Assembly (NCBI GenBank): GCA_965214935.1
Contig: CBDCCS010000001.1
Location: 32,001-96,000 of the forward strand
DNA length: 64,000 bases
DNA from: Candidatus Velthaea sp.
GTDB lineage: Bacteria; Vulcanimicrobiota; Vulcanimicrobiia; Vulcanimicrobiales; Vulcanimicrobiaceae
Direction: 5' to 3'
Shown here: in pieces, positions 11,448 through 21,549 of the stretch
How positions within the stretch are numbered: the stretch's first letter is position 1
How the letters are laid out: the number at the start of each line of letters is the position of its first letter
The notes under the pieces: model-generated
What the model was told of the DNA's origin: nothing
Database searches by the model: none
What the model saw: only the letters and a program-made list of their open reading frames with translations
Translations under genes and position numbers: made by a program

Positions 11448-13412
11448 ATGGAACCGCGCGACCGCGCGCTCGGCATGGACCGGCCGATTGCGCGGCGCGA
11501 TTTCCTCAATGGCATGGCGCTGGGAATCGGCGGAGCGCTGTCGGCCGGCGGGCAACCGGCGTCGGCCGCCGCACCGGCATCGGCGCAAGACGTAGCGGGT
11601 TATTATCCGCCGGCGCGCAGCGGTATGCGCGGCAGTCATCCCGGCTCGTTCGAACAGGCGCATGCCCTACGGGATGGGCGTGAGCCGGCAACCTGGCAGA
11701 GGCCGGCCGAGACCGGCGAGGCGTACGATCTCATCGTCGTCGGTGCCGGCATCGGCGGACTTTGCGCCGCGCATTTCTACCGGGCACGACATCCCGGCGC
11801 GCGCATTTTAATTCTCGACAATCACGATGATTTCGGCGGTCATGCCAAACGCAATGAGTTCGTCGTTGACGGCCGGACGCTCGTGGCGAACGGCGGAACC
11901 TGGGCGATCGAGTCGCCGTTTCCGTACAGCCCGGTCGCGCGCGCGTTACTCGCCGAACTCGGCGTCGATCCGCCGGCATTCGCGCGCCGCGATGACCATC
12001 CGGAATATTATCACGGACTGGGTCGCGGCAGTTTTTTCCGCCGCGAAGACTTCGGCGTCGACCGGCTTGTGCCACAGCTTCCGCCGACGCTCGTCGACGG
12101 CGCATCGCGCGTGGCCGCGCAGCATGCATGGGCGCGCTTCGTGGAACAAACACCGCTATCGGCCGATGCCCGCGCGGATATCGTCCGCATCGAGACCGGC
12201 CAAACCGACTTCTATCCGAACCTAACATCGGATCAAAAAAAAGACCGGCTTTCGCGAATAAGTTATCGCGACTACTTGCTCCGAGTCGTCGAGGCGCATC
12301 CCGACGTCATCAAATTTTATCAAACGCGGACGCACGATCTGTTCGCGGTCGGCATCGACGGCGTCACGGCCCTGGACTGCTGGGGCCTTGGTTTCGCGGG
12401 GTTCAGCGGACTCGCGCTCGGACCCGGTCCATACCACCGGATGGGCTTCACTGCCATGGGCGCCGCAACGCCCGGCCAAGCTCCGTATACCTTTCACTAT
12501 CCGGACGGCAACGCATCGATTGCGCGCCTGTTAGTGCGACGGCTCATGCCCGGCGTGTTATCCGGCGCGACGGCCGCCGATATCGTCACGGCACGCGCCG
12601 ATTATTCGCGGCTCGACCGGCACGATGCGGCCGTGCGCACGCGCTTGAACAGCACGGTCGTTGCCGTTCGACACACGGGCGCTGCGACGGAGACAGACGG
12701 CGTTCGCGTTACGTATCTGCGCGGCGGATTACCGTTTAGCGTGCATAGTTCGGCTGTGGTAATGGCGTGCTGGAACATGATCGTTCCATATCTCGTCCCG
12801 GATCTACCGGCCGCTCAAAAAGAGGCGCTGCATTACGGCGTTAAAGTTCCCCTGGTATATACGCGCGTCGCAATTCGCAATTGGCACGCGTTCGCGCGAC
12901 TCGGTTTGAGTGGCATCGAGACACCGGGGATGTATCACTCGAGTATCGATCTGGATCAACCGGTCGATATCGGCGGCTATCGTGCATCGCGTTCAGCGAG
13001 CGAACCGGTCGTCGTGCGGATGTTGCGCACGCCCTGCGCGCCCGGCCTGTCCGAACGCGATCAGCACCGTATCGGTCGTGCCGAACTGCTGCAGACACCG
13101 TTTGCAACGTTCGAACGCAATATTCGCGAACAATTAAGTCGGGTGCTGGGTCCGGGCGGCTTCGATCCGGCGCGCGACATCGCTGCAATCACGGTCAATC
13201 GCTGGCCGCACGGATATGCGTATGAATACAATCCGTTATGGGATCCGGACAGCTTCTTTACCGGCGGCGTGACACCCAATGAAATCGCACGCAAGCCGTT
13301 CGGCCGCATCACCATCGCGAATAGCGATGCTGCTGCCGCTGCATATACCGATAAGGCGATCGATGAAGCGTACCGCGCAGTCGAAGAACTGCATGCGGCT
13401 CATGGAGGCTGA
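11448..13412 (+). CDS. spdH: Spermidine dehydrogenase-like FAD enzyme with Tat signal
   Basis: LGMDRPIARRDFLNG, YYPP...GMRGSHPGSFE.AH.LRDG, GAGIGG, DNHDDFGGHAKRNEF, NRWPHGYAY, IANSDA match Pseudomonas SpdH-family motifs. Confidence 0.85.
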   Translation: MEPRDRALGMDRPIARRDFLNGMALGIGGALSAGGQPASAAAPASAQDVAGYYPPARSGMRGSHPGSFEQAHALRDGREPATWQRPAETGEAYDLIVVGAGIGGLCAAHFYRARHPGARILILDNHDDFGGHAKRNEFVVDGRTLVANGGTWAIESPFPYSPVARALLAELGVDPPAFARRDDHPEYYHGLGRGSFFRREDFGVDRLVPQLPPTLVDGASRVAAQHAWARFVEQTPLSADARADIVRIETGQTDFYPNLTSDQKKDRLSRISYRDYLLRVVEAHPDVIKFYQTRTHDLFAVGIDGVTALDCWGLGFAGFSGLALGPGPYHRMGFTAMGAATPGQAPYTFHYPDGNASIARLLVRRLMPGVLSGATAADIVTARADYSRLDRHDAAVRTRLNSTVVAVRHTGAATETDGVRVTYLRGGLPFSVHSSAVVMACWNMIVPYLVPDLPAAQKEALHYGVKVPLVYTRVAIRNWHAFARLGLSGIETPGMYHSSIDLDQPVDIGGYRASRSASEPVVVRMLRTPCAPGLSERDQHRIGRAELLQTPFATFERNIREQLSRVLGPGGFDPARDIAAITVNRWPHGYAYEYNPLWDPDSFFTGGVTPNEIARKPFGRITIANSDAAAAAYTDKAIDEAYRAVEELHAAHGG

Positions 13413-13413
13413 T

Positions 13414-14796
13414 GTGACGTCGGAACTGCGTGCCGATTGCCTCAATGTCTGGGAAGTGCTGGCCCAATCGATCGCGATGATCGGGCCGACCATTACGCCG
13501 GTGTTGATCGTGCCGCTCATGTATGCGCAAGCCGGTAATGCGGGCTGGCTAGCCTATGTATTCGGCGCCGTTACCATCGGTGCAGTCGCGCTCAATCTCA
13601 ATGTCTTCGCGCGCCGCTCGGCATCGGCGGGCTCGCTTTATATCTTTGCACAACGCGCGTTCGGCTCACGCGGAGCACTGCTCGTCGGCTGGTGTCTCTT
13701 GTGGGCGTATGCCTTCGTCGCGTTAGCCGGAACGATGGCATTTACGGTGTTCTTCGTCAGCCTCTTCGGCGCTGTCGGCATCGCCGCTCCGGCTGCACTT
13801 GGTGTTGTCGCGTGCGTCGCGATCGCCTGGTTCGTGAGTTACCGCGACGTCCGCGTCTCGACCATCGCGCTATTGGTGCTCGAGACGATTTCGCTCACGC
13901 TCATTAGCGTGTTGATCGTACTGATTTTCGTCCATCACCACGGCAGCCTCGTCGATACCGATCAGCTGACGTTGCGCGGTGCAACGCCCTCGGCGCTGGG
14001 ACTCGGCGCCGTCGTCGCTATCTTCAGTCTACTGGGCTTCGAGAGTGCGACGTCGCTGGGCGAAGAAGCCAAGAATCCGTTGCGCACGATCCCGCGTGCC
14101 GTGATGTCGAGCGTTGTCATCGCGAGTATTTTCTTCGTCGTCGTCATGTATGCCGAGGTCTTGGGTTTACGCGGTGCAACGATACCGCTCGATAAGCTCG
14201 TAACACCGCTCGACGCACTCGCCGATAGCGTCGGCGCGCCGTTCATGAAAATCCCGATCGACATCGGCGCCGTCTTGTGTTCGGTGTCGATCGCCATCGC
14301 TGCGCTCAACGGCTCGGCGCGCGCGCTAATGATGATGGGCCGCAACGGCCTCTTACCGGCTTACTTCGCCCGCACGCATGCGCGCTTTGAAACGCCGCAC
14401 GTCGCGCTCGGCGCCATTGCCGCCGTCTTGATCGTCGTCGGCGGAAGTGCCGTCTTGCTCGGCCGTGCGCCCAGCGATGCATTCTCCGACACATCGACGC
14501 TGTGCTCGTTCGGATTTGTCATCGTGTACGGAGCGATCGCCGTTGGTGCTTCGTATTACTTGCGCCGACGGCAAGAGTTACGTCCGGCCGACATCGTCGT
14601 CAGCGCTGTCGCGGTTCTGCTGCTGAGCGTCCCGGCGATCGGCAGCGTCTATCCGGTGCCATCGCCGCCGGGCAACTGGTATCCGTACGCATTCGCCGCG
14701 TACGTTATCTGCGGCGTTGCACTGCTTTGGCGTCGCCGCGTCAGCGCTCCGGAGGCGAACAACGCGACTCATGAAGCGGCTGTCGGAGCAGTGTAA
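13414..14796 (+). CDS. APC-family amino acid/polyamine permease
   Basis: About 12 hydrophobic segments, SAGSLY, GFESATSLGEEAKNP.RTIPRA; GTG start after GGAGG, next to the spdH stop. Confidence 0.9.
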   Translation: MTSELRADCLNVWEVLAQSIAMIGPTITPVLIVPLMYAQAGNAGWLAYVFGAVTIGAVALNLNVFARRSASAGSLYIFAQRAFGSRGALLVGWCLLWAYAFVALAGTMAFTVFFVSLFGAVGIAAPAALGVVACVAIAWFVSYRDVRVSTIALLVLETISLTLISVLIVLIFVHHHGSLVDTDQLTLRGATPSALGLGAVVAIFSLLGFESATSLGEEAKNPLRTIPRAVMSSVVIASIFFVVVMYAEVLGLRGATIPLDKLVTPLDALADSVGAPFMKIPIDIGAVLCSVSIAIAALNGSARALMMMGRNGLLPAYFARTHARFETPHVALGAIAAVLIVVGGSAVLLGRAPSDAFSDTSTLCSFGFVIVYGAIAVGASYYLRRRQELRPADIVVSAVAVLLLSVPAIGSVYPVPSPPGNWYPYAFAAYVICGVALLWRRRVSAPEANNATHEAAVGAV

Positions 14797-15030
14797 CTGC
14801 CGATAGCGCGTCGCTTAACGAGTGCAAACGCGATCATCGCAGCGCCTCGTAATGCTTGTCCGTGGTTCACGGACTCGGACGGACGAATGGCCGCGGCTTT
14901 ACAGTCCGGTGCCTCGCCGGAAGCGGACTTGCAGTCAGCAGATTCTAAGCGCACGTCGACGAACGCACCATGGGATGAAGTTTGGTTGAGATCTGCCCCA
15001 ACGGCATGAGGTTGCAGCGGAGTGCAGAGT

Positions 15031-15270
15031 GTCGGTGAGGTTGCGTTGCCGCCTACGAAGCCCGGAACAGGATGAATTCTTGACCGGCCGGTGCAGAAAG
15101 CGAGCCCGACTCGCAAACAAAGTATGTTGCAAGAAGCGTTTCTCGACGCTCTCAAGGCTTGGGCAAGGTCCGGCAGTCGCGGTCAAGCCGGCCCGGAATG
15201 GCGCTTTCGCGTCTCGCCACCCGGTGAAGACATCCGTCCCCTCGTACCTGATCTTGCCTTTTTACGATAG
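15031..15270 (+). pseudogene. Uma2-family (PD-(D/E)XK) endonuclease remnant
   Basis: Frame reads VGEVALPPTKPGTG*ILDRPVQKASPTRKQSMLQEAF...GPEWRFRVSPPGEDIRPLVPDLAFLR*; internal TGA at 15073 and truncation just after the PD motif. Confidence 0.65.
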
Positions 15271-15454
15271 CTCCGGGCGGTTTCAACGTGTCGACGCATC
15301 CGTCGGAGCTGTACTCGCCGCCAAGCGTCCCGAGCTTGCGCATTCCGGCGCGTGCGTTCTTTGCCGAAATGGACATTCCGAACTTCCCTGAGCGCAACAA
15401 ACGCACCGGCATAACAGCAAACGTACGAATCGCGAAGCCGACTTTACCGCATCG

Positions 15455-15931
15455 CTACGGAATGCTGCTGTCGCTGATTTTGGCCCACGACATCGTCCCG
15501 ATCTTCCACTGTCGGTTCGATTGAACGAGCGTAAAGGCAAGTGAACCGCTTTCGGTCGCCGGCTTACCGTGGATGCGGTAGGTGTAGATCGTCGGAATCA
15601 CAACGTACGCGTGCTGCCCGTTCACGGTAGCAAATTTCGGCGCACGAACGGCGATGAGCGCATCGCTCACACCATTCGCGGCTTGATCGGCACCGAAACC
15701 ATCGAACCAGTGCCCGGCGGCATCCGGCGCGCGAAAGCGAAACGGAGCAAACTCATCGACGATGGCACTATCGCCGCTGAACGCCGAGACAAGTCGTGCG
15801 CGATCGCCCGCGTTCGCGGCCGCGACGAACGCTCGAATCGGCAGCAGCACGGCGCGATCGGCTGCAACCGCGACTCCGCTCGTCCATAGAACGCACGCGC
15901 ACGCGCATAGAGCAATCGGGCCGAAACGCAT
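15455..15931 (-). CDS. Secreted NTF2/SnoaL-like protein
   Basis: Signal peptide, F..A.N.GD, IVDEFAPF, C-terminal FTL......WKI...W typical of the NTF2-like fold. Confidence 0.7.
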   Translation of the reverse strand: MRFGPIALCACACVLWTSGVAVAADRAVLLPIRAFVAAANAGDRARLVSAFSGDSAIVDEFAPFRFRAPDAAGHWFDGFGADQAANGVSDALIAVRAPKFATVNGQHAYVVIPTIYTYRIHGKPATESGSLAFTLVQSNRQWKIGTMSWAKISDSSIP

Positions 15932-16015
15932 GCGTGATCTTTCACCATCGTCGCTCCGGCGGACTCTATCTCGCGTGCAACACGGTAAGCGCGCGCGTTC
16001 GGCGAACCAGCAGCC

Positions 16016-17611
16016 ATGCCGCGCACGCCCATTTTCGCCGGGCTCCATCAACTTGCTCGTGATGCCGCTGTTCGCGAGGCCCGGCCGCTGATCCGGCGCC
16101 GCGATTTCATCGCCGGCGCGGCTGCCTTGCCGCTTCTGGGCGCACCGCCGGTCGCCGCGTCATCACGTCCGCGCGTCGCAATCATCGGTGCCGGCATCAG
16201 CGGTTTGGTTGCGGCGTTGACGTTGCACGAAGCCGGATTGACGCCGGTCGTTTTTGAAGCCGGCGGCCGTTGGGGCGGGCGGATCCATACCAATCGCGCC
16301 GGGTGGTTCGGCGATCAAGTCGCGGAGTGGTGCGGTGAACTCATCGACAGTTCGCACGTCACGATGATCGCGCTGGCAAAGCGGTTCGGCTTGCCGCTGA
16401 CCGACGTGCTCGCGGGCACTCCGCGCGGTGCACAATACACGATCCTCTTCGACGGCCGCTATTATCCCGTCGCGCAGGCGGCGCGCGATTTCGTTCCGGT
16501 GCTGGCCGCGCTCAAGACGCAGTTGCGGGCAGCCGGCGATCTCGCGCCGTACGACCGGCTTACGCCTGAGGCACGACGCATCGATGCGCTCAGCGTGTAC
16601 GATTGGATCGAACGCTACGTTCCGGGCGGACATCACTCGCTTATGGGCCGCTACTTAGAACGCGCCTATTTAGCGGAGTTCGGCCGTTCGACGCACGAAC
16701 AATCGGCGATCAATCTGCTGTATATGCTCGGGACGCAATCCGGCCCCGTTGACGGTGAAGTCGGCTTCCATATCTTCGGTCCGTCCGACGAACGCTATCA
16801 CATTGCGGGCGGCAACGAACGGCTAAGCGACGCCATTGCCGCGCGTTTGCCGACAGGTACCATTCGATTCAACACGCGGCTTGCTGCAATTGCGGTCCAG
16901 TCGGACCGGTCGGTGCAATTGACGTTGCGCGGCGAAGCAGCGAGCGAACGGCAACGCTTCGACCGGGTCATCTGTACGCTGCCGTTTACGCGCTTACGTG
17001 ACGTCGACATCACGCAAGCGCGTTTTAGTCCGGTCAAGCGGCGTGCGATTGCAGAGCTCGGCTACGGCCGTCATACGAAGCTGCACGTGCCGTTCGGCGA
17101 GCGCACCTGGCAGTCGCGCGGCGCCTGGCCCGGCATCTCGGACGGGACCGTCTACACCGATATGAGCTTCCAAAATACTTGGGATACGACGCGCGGACAG
17201 CCGGGTAAGCACGGCATTTTAGTCGCCTATCTCGGCGGTCCTGAAGCCGTCGCGGCAGCCGCCGACGCTCCGTATACGACGACGGTCGAGTCGCTGAAAA
17301 CACGCCGCTCCGTCGAGTCGTTTTTGACCCAAATCGACCGCGTGTTTCCCGGCATTGCGAAACACTATCGAGGCAACGCAACAATGGGCAGCGCATTTCT
17401 CGATCCGTTCATCGGTGGAAGTTATTCGGTTTGGCTCGTCGGCCAACTGACGGCGTTCGGCGGCGCCGAAGGCCGTCCCGAAGGCGCGGTTCATTTCGCC
17501 GGCGAGCATACCTCGCTCGATCAACAAGGCTATATGGAGGGCGGCGCGGTCACCGGCTTGCGCGCCGCCCGTGAAGTCCTTGCCGCCGTGCGAGCGGCTC
17601 AGCGAGTCTAG
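16016..17611 (+). CDS. Flavin monoamine oxidase family protein with twin-arginine motif
   Basis: RRRDFI, VAIIGAGISGL, FEAGGRWGGRIHT, HFAGEHTS...QGYMEGG. Confidence 0.88.
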   Translation: MPRTPIFAGLHQLARDAAVREARPLIRRRDFIAGAAALPLLGAPPVAASSRPRVAIIGAGISGLVAALTLHEAGLTPVVFEAGGRWGGRIHTNRAGWFGDQVAEWCGELIDSSHVTMIALAKRFGLPLTDVLAGTPRGAQYTILFDGRYYPVAQAARDFVPVLAALKTQLRAAGDLAPYDRLTPEARRIDALSVYDWIERYVPGGHHSLMGRYLERAYLAEFGRSTHEQSAINLLYMLGTQSGPVDGEVGFHIFGPSDERYHIAGGNERLSDAIAARLPTGTIRFNTRLAAIAVQSDRSVQLTLRGEAASERQRFDRVICTLPFTRLRDVDITQARFSPVKRRAIAELGYGRHTKLHVPFGERTWQSRGAWPGISDGTVYTDMSFQNTWDTTRGQPGKHGILVAYLGGPEAVAAAADAPYTTTVESLKTRRSVESFLTQIDRVFPGIAKHYRGNATMGSAFLDPFIGGSYSVWLVGQLTAFGGAEGRPEGAVHFAGEHTSLDQQGYMEGGAVTGLRAAREVLAAVRAAQRV

Positions 17612-17973
17612 TTGTGCAACAGCACGCGATTGGCGATAAACGTACCGCGGCTGTAGTAACCGACAATTGCGACGCGCTGTGACGGCGACGGCGTTGCACC
17701 GGTCGGAAAAATCACCGTTCCGTTTTTTAGGTCGATTTGTTGCACGACGCCGTTGCGGCGCGCCAGTTGTAAGCGGTAAGGTGAGAAATGTACGACGGTG
17801 CCGAGGATAACGTGATGACGGTCGTACTCGTGACGATCCCAGCCGGGTTGCCATACCGTGTATGCAGGAACCTCGTGCGCGCCGTAAATGATCACGTCAT
17901 CTGCCAGCGCCGGAGCGACTGCCGCCGCGGTCAAGCCGAGAAATAGCGCGCATGCGCCTAATCGAACGTTCAT
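17608..17973 (-). CDS. Small secreted hypothetical protein
   Basis: Signal peptide ending ALA; beta-rich mature part; GGAG upstream. Confidence 0.7.
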   Translation of the reverse strand: MNVRLGACALFLGLTAAAVAPALADDVIIYGAHEVPAYTVWQPGWDRHEYDRHHVILGTVVHFSPYRLQLARRNGVVQQIDLKNGTVIFPTGATPSPSQRVAIVGYYSRGTFIANRVLLHN

Positions 17974-18115
17974 ATACTTAGCAATCTCCGCCTCTACTAG
18001 TATTGCATGCGACTCGATGAGTCTGTTGTCGATAACGCGTCGCGTAAATCGGCTGTTACGCGACTAACGTGCTCTTAATTGCTGCGCCCGCGCACGTTGA
18101 TACGCAGCGTGCACG

Positions 18116-20119
18116 TTACGGCGAACCGGCACGGCGCAGCCGCATTGCGAGCACCGCGCGCGCATGGCTGCCGCCGTCACCGTCGCTGCGCGGGATCACG
18201 CTGACATCGCGGGCGAGCATCGAGGTGATGTACAACCCGCGGCCCGACTCGCTCATCGTGTCTTTGGGTAACCGGGCGTAAAACGTGAATCCCGGTCCGC
18301 GGTCGAGCACGTGCAATACCGGCGAGTCACCGCTAAGATCGAGTGCGGCTTCAACGTTACCGCCGGTGTGCCGGACCACGTTTCCGATGAGTTCGCCGAA
18401 AATCAATTCGGCATCGTCGGCTTCACTGACGGTTGCACCCAGACGTTGCAACTCGGCACCGATTTGGCGCCGCGTTCGCATCGCGGTATCGGCATCGTCG
18501 GCTTGGAACTTCCAATGTGGATGCGAACCGGTCGTGTCCGCTTCGGCCGCGATCCGCACGGCGAGTATCGCAACATCGTCGTTCGCGGCCGGCGGCAGCA
18601 GCGTGCGGATCGCCGCCGCCGGGTTCTCTGCGTCATACACGTCGGCTGTGCCGAGCGCCGTACGCAGCCGCTGCTCGCCGGCCAGCGCGTCGCGTGTCGA
18701 TTCGATCAAGCCGTCGGTGTAGAGCACGAGCAGCGATTTGTCGCGTAACGCGATGCTGCCGTTCGCTCCGCGTTGCCGGCCTTCTTCATTGCGCAGCCCC
18801 AGCGGAAAATCAACTGCGCTTAATTCGCAGATCGTTCCGTCGGTGAAACGGACCAGCGGCGCCGGATGACCGGCGGACGCGTACGTAAGAATCAGCGTCA
18901 GCGGATCGAGCACCCCGACGAACGCCGTAACGATCCGATCGGCTTGCTCGGAGCGTAACGCGTGGTCGGCGGCATCGAGCACCGCGGCGGGTTCGGGAAA
19001 GACGTGCGCTGCACCGCGGATCGCCTGACGAACGGCCGCCATCGTTATGGCAGCTGATAGCCCGCTGCCCATGACGTCGCCGACCGAAAGTACGACGCGC
19101 CCGTCGGGCAAGCGGAATGCATCGAACCAATCACCGCCGACCAAATCTTGCGCCCCGGCCGGTTCGTAGACGGCGCTCAAAGCAAGTCCGGCGATCGTCG
19201 GCAGGATCTGCGGTAAGGCGGCAGTTTGAAACGCGCGCGAAGCTTGATGCTCGCGCTCGAGTTGCACGCGCAGTAATTCGGCTGCGACCCGGCTGTCATG
19301 AACGTCGGTCGCACTACCGGCCCAGCGCAGCAGGGTGCCGTCAGGCGCATGCATCGGGACGGCGCGCAGCAAAAACCACCGGTACGCAGCATCCGCACCG
19401 CCGTCCGGCTTGAATCGGACTTCGGTCTCATAGCCGTTGCCCGCAGCGAATGCTTCGCCGAGCACGCAAAGCAGTCGATCGTAATCTGCTGCCGGCATAA
19501 CGCGCGCCCAGCCTTCCGGCGTCAGTGCGATCTCCGGCGGCAACCCGCTATAATCGTACCAGCGCGAATTCGCCCATTCAACGGTTCCGTCGGACGCATG
19601 CGTATAGATGACATTGGCAATCGTGTCGGCCATCATGCGAAAATTACGCTCGCGCAGAACGGCGGTCGTCGTCTCATTACAGGCACACAACACGCCGGAA
19701 TCCGCGGCGTCGTAACCGTCGACGCGGCTGTAAGAAAACGTGAAGTATGCTTCTTCGGCAAAGCCGTTGCGTTCGAGCGTAAAGAGCATGTCTTGCGCGC
19801 TGAACGGATCGCCAGTAAGGCGGACGCGATCGATCATCGGTCCGATGATCGGCCAGATTTCGGGCCAGCAATCCGGCCCGCGTTGACCGAATCCGGCCGG
19901 ATGGCGCTTTCCGAACAGGCGAATGTAGGCGTCGTTATAGAGCTGGATGTGTTCGGCGCCCCACCAGATGAGCATCGGGAAGCCGGAATTCCGAATAACC
20001 GAAACGATCGAACGCAGCGGCTGCGACCAGGTCGCTTGCGATCCAAGCGGCGTGGATTCCCAGTATGCATCCGTAAGACGCTGACCGGGCAGATCTGCAG
20101 CACTGAGCGCATTGAGCAT
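18116..20119 (-). CDS. PAS-PAS / SpoIIE (PP2C) phosphatase / HATPase anti-sigma-kinase-like protein
   Basis: W..TPLG...W, YNDAY, PAS domain, VGGDWFD, VGDVMGSG, SAGHP, YTDGL, DDVA, ELIGNVVRH, DRGPG, SGRGL. Confidence 0.9.
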   Translation of the reverse strand: MLNALSAADLPGQRLTDAYWESTPLGSQATWSQPLRSIVSVIRNSGFPMLIWWGAEHIQLYNDAYIRLFGKRHPAGFGQRGPDCWPEIWPIIGPMIDRVRLTGDPFSAQDMLFTLERNGFAEEAYFTFSYSRVDGYDAADSGVLCACNETTTAVLRERNFRMMADTIANVIYTHASDGTVEWANSRWYDYSGLPPEIALTPEGWARVMPAADYDRLLCVLGEAFAAGNGYETEVRFKPDGGADAAYRWFLLRAVPMHAPDGTLLRWAGSATDVHDSRVAAELLRVQLEREHQASRAFQTAALPQILPTIAGLALSAVYEPAGAQDLVGGDWFDAFRLPDGRVVLSVGDVMGSGLSAAITMAAVRQAIRGAAHVFPEPAAVLDAADHALRSEQADRIVTAFVGVLDPLTLILTYASAGHPAPLVRFTDGTICELSAVDFPLGLRNEEGRQRGANGSIALRDKSLLVLYTDGLIESTRDALAGEQRLRTALGTADVYDAENPAAAIRTLLPPAANDDVAILAVRIAAEADTTGSHPHWKFQADDADTAMRTRRQIGAELQRLGATVSEADDAELIFGELIGNVVRHTGGNVEAALDLSGDSPVLHVLDRGPGFTFYARLPKDTMSESGRGLYITSMLARDVSVIPRSDGDGGSHARAVLAMRLRRAGSP

Positions 20120-20225
20120 CAGAGCCGGGATTCGACGCCCGCCGCGGTGCGCTCTGCGCACATCCAGTTACGTTAGCGTATGCCCTTGCGCACCAAGGGG
20201 GTCGCTGAGATCCGTCGCCGATCGA

Positions 20226-21548
20226 TCAGCGCTGCGGGGCAAGCGCTCCGCTCGAGACGCGAGCGCGCCAGACCGCCAACGGAACACCGGCGACGACGGC
20301 GGCGAGAATGAAAAATCGCGTGCTTGGGTCATCTTGGGAAAACGAAAACACCAGCAGCAACACGAGCGCAATGCTGCCCAGTGCCGGGATGGCGATGCCG
20401 GTCAACGCATGGCGGCGATCGCGCATGAAGACCCGCACCGCCGCGGCGGCGCTCAACACGAACAAGATACCGAGAAAGACCGACGTTCCGCTCAAAATGA
20501 AGCTGAAAGCGGCGCGGATCGTCGGCGACAGCCCGCTGGCGAGGGTAAAAAGCATTCCGCCGGCGGTCATTAAAACAATTGCGCCGGCCGGTTGTTCGCG
20601 GCGGTCGAGCGCGCCAAGTCCGGCCGGCAACACGCCGTCGCGGCCCATGGCGTAAAAGCTGCGCGTTAGATACACCAAGGTCGTCTGCAACGACGCCGCC
20701 AGCGAGACGAGGACCAGCGCTGCGATGACGATCCGCCAGATATTGCCGCCTAATTGCAAACCGACGTAAGCCATCGCATCACCCTCGTGCGCCGCAAAAC
20801 CATCGAGCGTGCCGACGCGCATGAACGCCGTCATGCACAGCCATAAGATGACGGCGCTCAGGGCTAAGCCGATGAGTCCGCTCAAACCCGGTGCGCGGTT
20901 TGCGGCCTGCGCTTCTTCTGCGGCCGACGCCGACACTTCCCAGCCATCGATCATCCAAATGCCGATGACCATCGCTCCGAGCAGCGCTGCATTGCCGGGG
21001 AACGGCGCAACCGTGGCCGCATGCGCAACGACCGGATGCGTAAAAGCTGCGATTGCGCCGACCGTCAAAACGATGATTTCGACGATCAGCAAAACGTTGG
21101 TCACGCGTGCGGTCGGCCGCAAACCGGCATACAGTAAAAGCCCCGACGCGAACACCCAAACCGTCGCCACGGCGGCGCCGGCGAGCGGTGAGTCGGCGGC
21201 CGCCGGTGCGAACAATGCCAAGGTGTACGTGCCGGCCGGAACCGCCGTCGCCACGACTGCAAAAATGTTCGCTACGATCAGCACCCACGCGGCGTACGCA
21301 CCGGCGGTCGCTCCGAACGCCGCGCGGACCCACGAGTACGATGAACCCGCAGTGGGATAGCGTTCGCCTAGGCGCTGATAGCCGACGGCAATGCACGCCA
21401 TGACGATCGCAACGACGACAAGTGCGAGCGGCGTCGCGCTGCCGCCCGCGGCGACCATCGGGCCGAACACGGTTGCGAGCACAAATGCCGGGCCGATCGC
21501 CGCCGCCGCGATCACCAGTAAATCGCCCAGACTCAAGACGCGCTGCAC
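20226..21548 (-). CDS. APC-family permease
   Basis: Multi-TM, AGSSYSW, GWEVSASAAEEA; GTG start immediately after the upstream permease stop. Confidence 0.85.
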   Translation of the reverse strand: MQRVLSLGDLLVIAAAAIGPAFVLATVFGPMVAAGGSATPLALVVVAIVMACIAVGYQRLGERYPTAGSSYSWVRAAFGATAGAYAAWVLIVANIFAVVATAVPAGTYTLALFAPAAADSPLAGAAVATVWVFASGLLLYAGLRPTARVTNVLLIVEIIVLTVGAIAAFTHPVVAHAATVAPFPGNAALLGAMVIGIWMIDGWEVSASAAEEAQAANRAPGLSGLIGLALSAVILWLCMTAFMRVGTLDGFAAHEGDAMAYVGLQLGGNIWRIVIAALVLVSLAASLQTTLVYLTRSFYAMGRDGVLPAGLGALDRREQPAGAIVLMTAGGMLFTLASGLSPTIRAAFSFILSGTSVFLGILFVLSAAAAVRVFMRDRRHALTGIAIPALGSIALVLLLVFSFSQDDPSTRFFILAAVVAGVPLAVWRARVSSGALAPQR

Positions 21549-21549
21549 G

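Noticed and set aside
15029..15391. 120-aa ORF from the track
   Set aside because: The recognisable signal (Uma2 remnant) is in a different frame
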